NCBI GenBank assembly: GCA_023515725.1
Contig: JALDTO010000017.1
Span: 1-50,476 of the forward strand
Direction: 5' to 3'
Length of the DNA stretch: 50,476 nucleotides
Source: Amoeboaphelidium protococcarum X5
Taxonomy: Eukaryota > Fungi > Aphelidiomycota
Part shown: positions 41,047-50,476 of the stretch, one piece after another
How positions within the stretch are numbered: position 1 is the stretch's first letter
Layout of the letters: the number at the start of each line of letters is the position of its first letter
Notes under the pieces: generated by a model
The model's input: only the letters and a program-made list of their open reading frames with translations
Told to the model about the DNA's origin: nothing
Database searches by the model: none
Translations under genes and position numbers: made by a program

Positions 41047-42024
41047 ATGCAATTTATAATGCTGAAATTCGAGTTGCTGATGGTGTTGGTAGTCATTCTT
41101 AATCGCGTATGCTGCTCACCGTCACTTTCCCGATATATGAGCGTTCTTTTAGATAGCGAAAGAGAATTACCTCTGGTCAAGATCAAACATGCTGCTGACA
41201 CCTTCATTTTAGACGAAGATTTTGCTCAGGATCCTTGTTTAAAATGGCCTGTTGGTGAGAGATTGAAATTCGATTTTGTATTGCGTCTATATCTGTTGGG
41301 TAATGTGGATCCTTCTCTGATTTTGGATGAGGTGGTCCTCATAGATTAACATGATTTCAACTTTATGAAGGCCAAGGAAATGTATTTATAATGGTCGAAC
41401 AAAGGAATGACTGAGAGTAAAGTAATTGAGCGACTTCCTTAATTTCAAGAATTGGTCAAAAAGGTTAATTTATTACATTCTGAAGCTAATTACATTGAAA
41501 ACAGGCTCGAGATTTAGTTCACCTCAAGTTTATAACTCCCCCCGGACACTAACAAACAAACATCGTATCACTTGGTATTATTCTTTAAACCCGCTTCAAC
41601 TGGCTCCAGTGAGACGTAGACTCAGTCCAATGATGACCTGACTGGGAGCGACGCGCGATTATCTGTGCTTGTTGGAGATCCTGGATTTGCCGTGTGTCCT
41701 TGTGGCTAATGGGCGCGCAGATTATCACACCATTCCAAGTTTAAACATTATCGCTCAAAACAGGAGAACGTTGCAAGACAGTAGAAAATAGATTCTCAGC
41801 CGTATCATGTCAGACACGATGATATTATGAATCTTCCCAGCGGTATCGATCCTGATTAGGACTGTATAATCTGTCATGATGCTCTATTAAATGGCAAAGG
41901 CGTTATGATACCGCGATGTCACAACCGTCACGCCACTCACCCCGAGTGCCTGAAATAATGGTACACGATCGAGTAGAAGTGCCCCACCTGTCGAAGCTCA
42001 ATTTGGATTAAAGAAAATGAATGA
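41047..42024 (+). CDS. Signal peptide + C-terminal RING-H2 protein (copy 1), 325 aa
   Basis: Signal MQFIMLKFELLMVLVVILNRVCC and C-terminal CIICHDALLNGKGVMIPRCHNRHATHPECLKQWYTIEQKCPTCRSSIWIKENE*. No internal TM seen. Confidence 0.83.
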
Positions 42025-42234
42025 TTAGAATAAATTATTAATTTAATAGAGAGTTTTCCAAGTTTAATTTGGCTTTTATTTAAAGTCGTATACTTTTCTC
42101 CTGCTTCTGGCATTGGTCAACCTTGACACACTTTGCATTCATCGCAGGGGTATCATTGGGGTCGCTTTTGATTAAAATATTCTACCCGCGTATGATTTTT
42201 TCATCAAGAAAGCGGTAATCTTAATGCTGCCATT

Positions 42235-43191
42235 ATGGTTAGATAGTTCAAAATGTTGATGCTCATGTTTTTGGTGACCACCCTGAATGAGATAACTAAT
42301 GTCCATGCTGTCAATCCTTTGATGAAGTGCTTCGGAAAGTCTTAATGCGTTTAAAGTGTTCTGCCTGCTGTAGATGTGATTGCTGCAACTCGTGCCAAGA
42401 GTGTTACCTTATTTTATTTTGAAAAATGTATGCGCTGGCCTGTTGAGTAAGAAATAACATTTAATTTTGCATTGCGGCTCTATCAGCTGACTGTGTACAC
42501 TGAACGCGTATAACTTGATAACGTCATGGTTGCACCTCAAGTGGATATCGATACCTAGTACAGTGAAAGATAGTTGCAAGAATGGGCAGTAAGAGGATAC
42601 CCGGCAAATTAATTGGGTGACATGCAATAGACACCAGGTACAATAGACTATAGCCCGCTAGAGATTAAATCTGTATCGGCGAAATTAATTCAGTCAGAAC
42701 GTAAGATTGTCTTCAACACACGTTTGTCTATTAGCAAAGACATCAAAGCATTGGATCCTGAATATTTGGTATTGAATTTTAAAGTCTTTTATAAGGAGCA
42801 AGATGCCTACAAAGAGTCTATATTGTCGGTAATAGTGTTATCGAGCAAGTTTAGCGTGTGCATACCTGGTAAATGGAATACTTTAAGTAGTAAAGTGGTG
42901 TTCAATCCGAGCTCTTAAGAAATTAGAGATTAAGAACGTAGTTTGATTGAATATAAGGAGAGGATTGCTGTGGACATTGTACAGCATTGCCAGCTCGATT
43001 AAGAAACGCTTTAAGCTTTCTAGGACTCCAAGTGTGTTATATGTTAAGAGGCTATGCTTGATGGGAGTGATTTAGCTATACCGAAGTGTGGCATTGTACA
43101 CTCCGCTCATGCCTCTTGCATACGAGAATGGTGTTTTGTTAAAAGCATATGCCCATATTGTAAAAAGACAATGTGGTACAAGGAGACGTGA
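42235..43191 (+). CDS. Signal peptide + C-terminal RING-H2 protein (copy 2), 318 aa
   Basis: Signal-like MVRQFKMLMLMFLVTTLNEITNVHA and C-terminal CVICQEAMLDGSDLAIPKCGIVHSAHASCIREWCFVKSICPYCKKTMWYKET*. Confidence 0.8.
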
Positions 43192-43275
43192 TCTAGCGGG
43201 GGAAATGATTAGTGAATGCATCTGTAATAAGTTTATATTTAAAGATCTCTCTCTCTCTTCACTCCATTAGTTGCA

Positions 43276-44316
43276 TCATAATTTTGTAAGGATTATAATT
43301 ACTGCAGCCACTATAACGGCTATTCCACCCAACGCGACCAATGAAATTACTTTGTAAGAACCCCTCCGGCTCCTTTGTAGTATTGCGGTTGTTGTTCGAA
43401 TCTTGTTAGACTGCGAATGATTTACTGTAGGTGGCTTTTCAGGAAGAGCATCAAACTTCATCTAAGATTTATCTCCGAGAGCTGCATGCGATTTGATATG
43501 CATGTTACTGCTCTCAGCCGATCCTATTAACGTAGGAGGTTTCACACTCTAATCTTGATCCGGATCACTTTCCTGTTCATTCACCTCCGCCACAGAAGAG
43601 TCAATAATCGATTTCATGTTTCCATGGTGGAAGTGGTATGGCTCATATTCTTGCGCATAAATCTCATCACAGGATGTATTGAACATTGATGTTAAGGCGG
43701 ACGCATTCACAGAAGCGCTAGTGTTGTTTGACCTGTCTCCCGGAACTTTGAGTTGATGCGATCTTAACTGATTACCGCCAGAGACCTTTTCAAATGCAGG
43801 CATTGAAACTCCACCTTTCAGCATATGACTCTGCTATATATTCGCTCGCTGCTCTTACGGAGTTAAACTGACAACCGGTCTGTTTTGGTCATCAACTTTA
43901 GCCATTAACTTTGCCGGAGTTGTCTTGGATTCGATCTGTTCATCATCCAAAGGCTAAATTCTAGGCTTTTGGCGCACAGTTACTTCTTCCAGGAAAGAGT
44001 TTGAATTCTCATCTTGTTCCGGCAGAGTCTAGCTGTCTTTATGATACAGAGTAATAGAGATCGAAGGTGCCGGCTGTCTAGACAAGGTGGCTTTAGAATC
44101 AACCTCGGTGATTTTAGTCAGATCAGCCTATGAAACATCTGGATCAATCTCCCCACGGATGACACTACAAGGACTGCTATGCTCACTCTCAACATCAATC
44201 TCATCATGCATCTCCAATCTAACTGGCGGCGGACATACAAAGTGTGACTTTTGCTCTTCCTCTTCAGCAACATCAGATTCTCCAGAGCTCACCTCCAGGT
44301 TTTTACTGCTTTCCAT
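43276..44316 (-). CDS. Uncharacterised, largely disordered tail-anchored membrane protein, ~346 aa
   Basis: ORFs 44128-44316, 43549-43824 and 43276-43461 join in one frame with TAR=Gln. Single C-terminal TM VISLVALGGIAVIVAAVIIIL followed by TKL*. Confidence 0.75.
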
Positions 44317-44720
44317 TTGTAACTATAATGATGACGCCGATAACAGACTATATATCGCAGTTTATTGCAACAAACTTTTAAGATAAATGGAGCAGAGATA
44401 AAAATATAAAAAGAGCTGGATGAATAGGCAGGAGGCTCAATGTTCTATTTATTGAGTGATCTAGGCCTCTAAATTCCGATTTAATTCCAGGCACTTTTCT
44501 TCCAATTATTAATCTGACGAAATTGGAAACAATGACGGACCTGGCAACGGATTGAGATTTCCACAGATCGGCTCCTGATCGTCTCTTTCGTATGATGAAA
44601 CGCGCAATAGCTCCGAAACTGATTATTTAAGAACAAGGATTGAAATACTGTAGTGTGAAAAGTACAAAGGTGAAAAGATTTAGATGGAATATGAATATTT
44701 AAACAAGGAGCGAATAATCA

Positions 44721-46577
44721 TCATACGATATTATGCAATGGACTTAAGATCTACGGTTTGTGGCGGTGGCGAGAACTTTTCACTGATTTACAAGCACGCA
44801 CCAAAAACACGCAATGACCAGAATTTAATACTCTCATCAGGCTCAGATTTATACTATTGCGTATATCACCGAGATTGTACATTCTGCGCTATTGTCGGCA
44901 GACGAGAGATTTCCTATGTACTTTATTGGCCAGTTTCCTTCTGATCAACCGCAGCTGAAACAATGATCTACGCCGGATAAAAGCGATCTCCGGAGAAGTA
45001 AACTTTGGAGACTGCTTTCGAACCTTGTCTAATCTTTCGGGCAGACTCTACAATGCTTGCCACTAGTCATCGAGTTTGAACTTGGTAGTCTTTTTAATCT
45101 TTTTTCTTCCACCAGTAGACGACGCATGATCGTCCTTTGAAGAACTCTGCTGCTTTTCAAATCCTTGTTTCACCTCATTAGCTTTCCCCATCCAGCCGCG
45201 ACAATTTTAAGCACCGCAAAGGCAGCTTTGGCGATTAGCACCAAATGTATGAAAATTGTAATCATAAGTCAACTCGGTGCCAGCAGGGATATATTTCGCG
45301 GCAAATAAACCAACGGCAATCTCACCATCTACAAGCCATTTCTCTATGTGACAATTTGGATCGCACGAGTGATTCTACAAAAAATAACAATTATGGGTGA
45401 CTGAATAAAGCAATAAATATGCCTACCACAAATCGAACTTCGGATCCCTTTCTAGTACCATCAATGACTTCACCATTTTGATAATCTAAAAAGTAAAAGC
45501 ACTTTGCGCTCTTGTAATCTTCATGCATTCTTCGTTCACATTCTTAATTAGAAATGATCTCGCCCATGTACTCTTGGATCAATGAGCCTTTGGGGATATC
45601 CGTCAGCGTTCTAAGTCCGAATCCTCTTTTATCACAAGACTACATGTATTAGACAGTGAAATTCTTTAGAATTAGACAACACGACTTACACTGAAGACTT
45701 GTAATTCTTTCACAAATTGTTTCTTCTTGAATCTCTGATTAGAGCATTGATCACCAAGAGTACAATTCTTTCCACATTCAATGAAAGTGGCACGATTTAT
45801 ACAATCATCAAGGCATCCTTGTTAGCCATCTACAGGCAAAGGACATTCGCACGCTTGAGGCTGTATCGATCGTTTCTGCCGCTCAACGTATAGATTTCGT
45901 CTAATCTTCTACCAAGGAGGAGGCTAAAGGTCTAATGTCACCAACTTGTTTTACACTTCATAAGATATATCAAACGGCAATTTAAAGTCTCTTTCATTAT
46001 TTAACATCCATTAACCATAGTTGATCGGAAGTTGGATTGATTTTTACCTGCCAACTTCGACTAAAAATTGCGACTCTAAATGATATAGACCAGACTAGAT
46101 AAATTCTTTAGATACAGGTAATCTTCCTTGTGTACCAGACTAGAATTAGATGAGACGTTCACGAGCCGCAGATGCCAACCGACTTACAGTTTCTAATTCA
46201 GGCAGTCGCAGTTAAATTATACGACGTTTGCGCTTGCGAGATCGCTATGTTGTGTGGGCGACACGTTTCAACTTGGCCGGCGGAGAGTCCAGACAGAAAT
46301 CGGATTCCAAAGAGCTCAGAGAAGACAGAGAGGCTAGAGAATCCACATCGCTTAGCTGGTCTCCTTCATCATCATCACCATTACCAAATACTAAACATAC
46401 AATCTGGTTGACATCCTAAAGAACAGGTGGCGGGGCATTCTAGTCATGCTCTTGCAGAGAGATCATATTTGCGACTAAAGGCGGTTGCGCTTCATGTGTT
46501 ATATCGCTCAGCTTTTCAAACTTGCATTCATGTGGCAATACAAAATTTCCAGTTATACTCACATTTTCTTTATCCAT
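44721..46577 (-). CDS. ASH1/ASH1L-like histone H3K36 methyltransferase (AWS-SET-postSET), 3 exons
   Basis: DFKLPFDI and [10 protein letters not shown] (ASH1-type pre-AWS), [28 protein letters not shown]|[16 protein letters not shown] and CLCGAQNCRG. Introns 45640-45689 and 45375-45426. Confidence 0.85.
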
Positions 46578-46815
46578 TATGGAAGTATTGTTAATAGCAA
46601 ATGCAGCAACGTATTATGCTCTTGTAAATGTAACTTTGAGGAGTGTCCGACTGACTGACTGGCGAACAGCGTGGACTTGAAACGGAGCAAAACGCGCGAA
46701 ACGTCGTCCCTTTTAAGCTTTTTCAGAATTTTGTCATCAGTTGCGCTGAATTCATATAAATCGTATTTGCTACACCTTTGTATCTGTTAAATCCTATTCT
46801 GTATTCTCCTTTAAA

Positions 46816-47974
46816 ATGACTACTGGTAGAGTATAGACTTTTACGTCGCCTGTTTAGTGCCCTTTTGATCATGATGACATTGAGCGTGATATGATTCTCT
46901 ATCGTTAAATGGATACTTTACTCGATCACCTGTAGTCGTGTCATTGCATTAGAGTGGAGAAACCACACGAGTTGATTTATGTGATGCAGCAATACTTAGA
47001 GCATTATGCTCAGCGATTGGAGTCCTCTAGTTTGACTAGCTCGACTATTTTCAATCTCGGCGGTGGTGATGATCGATAGTCTGATAGTAATTTGCGATTT
47101 GATTTTTAAAATGATAAATTGGTAAGATTAATCAGAACAACGATCTTGATTATTCATCTTATAATGCCCTGAAGTGTAGAAGTAAATGTTGGCTATTTAA
47201 TAATAGGAAAGGCTGGATAAGAGCAAGTTATATCACTGCACCTTCTGTCGAACAGTGGAGTTGCCTCGAGTATAATTATTTGAGCATTTTCACGCTGAAC
47301 ATTCGTTCAGTATTGGCCTTCCTGATAATATTGTCAATCTTGAGGAGTTTTTACGTTAAATTAGATTGCAGTTGGAGCAATTACAATGCATATACTGCGA
47401 AGTTACGTTCAGAGATTCGGTTACACTGAGGAAGCATATGCGCAAGAAGAAGCACTTTATTATCAATCCTCTCAATACGGACTACGATTAGTTCTATATT
47501 ATCAACTATCTTGATCCTTCGCGTAGATGGTATGACATTAAAGGTGCGGATGACGATAGAGACTCGTTATGTCAAGCGGTTAATGGAGAGTCTGATTCTG
47601 AGTGGTCTGATTTTAATGAAGACTTGGAGAATAGTGCTTTGCAGACTGCATGCTTGTTCTGCAACTATGTGGCAGCAGATCCTTAAGCATTATTGTCGCA
47701 TCACTTACAAAGTGAGCATAGCTTTTATCTTAGTAATCTCTCTGTACGATTTCATCTCAGTCTGTATGACAAGATTAAGCTGATAAATTATCTGCGGAGA
47801 TAATAATTGGTTAATGGAGATTGTTCCTCTTAGACTTAATCTAATGCTGATATTGAAAGATTGATAATGGATAATTAAGAGTGGAGAGACGCGCAATATC
47901 TATTGCCAACTTATGAAGACGATCCAATCTTTATGGCTCTTGAAGATGGTGAAGATGATGCTCGGAGTCATTGA
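46816..47974 (+). CDS. ZNF277: ZNF277-like C2H2 zinc-finger protein, one intron 47122-47179
   Basis: CTFC...LFEHFHAEHSFSIGLPDNIVNLEEFL...QCIYCEVTFRDSVTLRKHMRKKKH..INPLNTDYDQFYIINYL, plus YDKIKLINYLR and YLLPTYEDDPILMAL. Confidence 0.85.
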
Positions 47975-48319
47975 AAACGCGTTTACGATAGACGATATAC
48001 CACAGCTCTGTGTATGTACAGATTTAGAATATGTTGATCAACTATATCTCAGTCTCACATCAACTGACTTCTGGAATGATTTGTAAACGTCACAGAGGGC
48101 ATGCAGTCTGTAGCTCTATATCAGCCCTATTACTGGTCTATTTTAAAAGTCGACGCTGTGCTAAACGATATAATCCACAAATCGTGAAAATTCAAAGTGT
48201 AAAACTAATATTAATAATCTCTAAATTCTACGTCCTTCAATCGTCAAAAATCAAATTCTCTCCCAAGTAAAGTAAAGCAGTAACGCCATCACTGCTGCGG
48301 CAGATGGAAGTTATTACTA

Positions 48320-48979
48320 TCACCAATCTTACTGCCCACCTACTTCATAGTACTCAGCGCCATACTGCTGACCATCGGTCATGCTTTACTCATTTTGCTG
48401 TGTACGTTCTCTGCCATCAGCATCGTTAACGAAACCAGAGGAGATCGGTCTACCATTGAGCGGACCAATATTCATTCTGGACACAGCAGCATTACCGCGT
48501 TGTGAGCCTAACATGGTGAAAGCGGGCTGCGTCGGAGTAACGCGCCCACCTCTGCCGATAGGTGGTGCATCATCAGGCGTATAATCAGAAGGCAAATTCA
48601 AACCAGTAGGAATAACGCTACGATGATTAGAGCCAACGACACGGTTCAATCTGCTCTTACCATGGCCAAGTTCTGGAATTAGACGACGTCTGCGAGAAGT
48701 GTGGATTTTACGATCAGGATTCATTTAATAAGGATTCTCCATCGGATCATACTCAGGTGCTTGATCTCCGCGTTAGGTGGTGCCCATATTATTAAGACGG
48801 AGTATAGCGGCCGCAGCATTGTGTCTGTTGCGCAGTTAGTGAGGGCCGCTATTACGGCGAGTGGCTCTCCAATCATCGAAACCATCATTTGATTCCAGTT
48901 CAGAAGAAAGGTCCCCAAAATCCATAGGCATAGCACTTAGTGTAGCAGCCAGTAGCAGTATCAGCGCGAATTTGGTCAT
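48320..48979 (-). CDS. Secreted disordered R/P/G-rich protein of unknown function (copy 1), 219 aa
   Basis: Signal MTKFALILLLAATLSAMP. Contains ORF 48386-48724 in frame and is paralogous to 49594-50370. Confidence 0.78.
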
Positions 48980-49593
48980 GAAAAATTGTTTTACTAAATT
49001 TTTTTAAATTTATTCAGTCTTTTATCGCTAGTTTAATAGAAAGCTGATAAAATAAAATTGTACATTTTTCAGTTCTTGATTGTAACTCCGACTGAATTCA
49101 AGTTCTACCCCGTCACAACGCGTGATTTGAAGCCGAGATACGACACGTGCGATATTAGTCCACGCTCGAAATTTGAATCCTTCTCATAATTGAAAGCCCT
49201 GGTGGAAAATGTTTTAACTAAAATTGATTGATCCAATACATCCTCATATTTCGTCTTGTTTGCATAGCCGTGTACAGTTGAGATGTGGTGAAATATGTGA
49301 TTGCGATTGAAAGCATTGTCTCATCTGCGGATAAACCGTAAATTTGAAGGGCCGGAAGTGCAGCGATGTAATTGTAAGTTCTCTCAAGTTTGCTACTAAT
49401 TAGCCTCACGATATATGCACTGGCCGCACAGCTGAAGTCTTTGAATAAACTGACAGACATCCGGGCTTCAATTGCCTAAAGCTTTTTCATAAAGTAAAAC
49501 GGTTTCATGCGGCAAAAAGATATAACATTGTCAACACCAATCTATATTTTTTACGTCATTCATCGCCAAATTTTTTTTCTATCTCCAAACTCA

Positions 49594-50370
49594 TCAAGCA
49601 ATTACACCAGTTCCACCTTGAGGCGGATCGAAATCATAGTTACCTCCTTGATAGGGGGATCCATCATATCCATCAACTTGCCAGTCTTCGATATCTTCTT
49701 CTTCATCCTCATCCTCATTGTATTCCTGATCTTGTCTGAGATCATTTTCCTCGTCTTGCTACTATTAACGGCGTGCTCTACGATTAGCCTCAACAATTGA
49801 GACAGAAGGGATCTGTCTACCTGTGCGCGGGTAAGTAACCATTCTATACCCATTAGCATTAGCTTATTGTAAGTCAAACATAGTCAGAGCGGGCTAAACA
49901 GGGTGGATACGTGCTTAATTCTACGCCGAAATGCTGTTTCCTCGAGGAACAGGCGGCGCTTCATCGGGATAACGCTCAGTTGGTAACTCGAGGTGGAAGT
50001 TTGGTCTGCGTCCTGCAGAAGAACCGCGACTTAACGTGCTTTGACCTCTACCGCCTCTAACTGCATTTTGGAATGAACGTCTACTAGAAGTGCCAGTACT
50101 GGTACCGCGATCAGGATCCATATCACCTTCATTCTACATTGGATTGTAGTCAAGCGCATCAGCCACATCTTGATTAGCAGCTCTGTTACCCACGAGTCTT
50201 GCGGCAGCAGCAGCGTGCCTGGGCTATTAGTTAGTACCTCTGTTAGGAGGATTTGCTCTCCCCTCATCTTCATCTTGATTTCCTTGTTGATTTGGCGAAG
50301 GATCTTCAAAATTCTTGGGCATAGCATTTAGAGAAGCAGCAAGCAAAAGTATCAGCGCTAATTTGATCAT
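49594..50370 (-). CDS. Secreted disordered protein of unknown function (copy 2), 258 aa
   Basis: Signal MIKLALILLLAASLNAMP. Shared blocks with copy 1: YNPMQN/YDPMEN, MDPDR/MNPDR, LELPTERYPDEAPPVPRG/LNLPSDYTPDDAPPIGRG and QPALTM/QPAFTM. Acidic C-terminus. Confidence 0.78.
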
Positions 50371-50476
50371 AGTTGCAGATGAGGAGATATCTATTCTATA
50401 TATTTATTTATCGATTAAGAGCCTACTCTAGAAAGATGACAATGCATTGGGGGGGGGGGGGGGGGGGAAAAAAAAA

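Noticed and set aside
50449-50476. Terminal poly-G followed by poly-A
   Set aside because: A homopolymer at the sequence end, most likely an assembly or sequencing edge artefact. It is not a telomeric repeat.

Overview
This is a gene-dense eukaryotic (opisthokont, fungus-like) window read with a non-standard nuclear genetic code: TAA and TAG encode Gln and TGA is the only stop. The supplied standard-code ORF track is therefore fragmented. Re-read with TAR=Gln, the window holds about 27 intact protein genes. Conserved genes include an OSBP/ORP, TBCB, VPS2, DUF2009, a chorismate-lyase-like protein, histidine ammonia-lyase, a PPP4R2-like protein, an M24B peptidase, SEC15, FUN30/SMARCAD1, a DHHC palmitoyltransferase, SF3B1, RPS28, a glycosyltransferase, SYF1, eIF1A, an ASH1-like SET protein and ZNF277. 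There are also several lineage-specific secreted or surface proteins, including three tandem paralog pairs. An RNase MRP/P-family RNA gene lies at 40261-40649 (-). The first 3.4 kb is decayed transposon sequence: a pogo-type transposase and two stacked LINE 3' ends. Code plus gene content fit the aphelid Amoeboaphelidium protococcarum, an algal parasitoid; this is inference, not verified. Highlights: (1) tandem signal-peptide + RING-H2 proteins with no transmembrane segment, candidate secreted E3-ligase effectors; (2) short introns with an extended TGTAG acceptor, alongside an N-terminally truncated SF3B1 carrying substitutions at branch-site hotspot residues; (3) an MRP/P RNA with an expanded P3 domain. 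All translations and alignments were done by eye.
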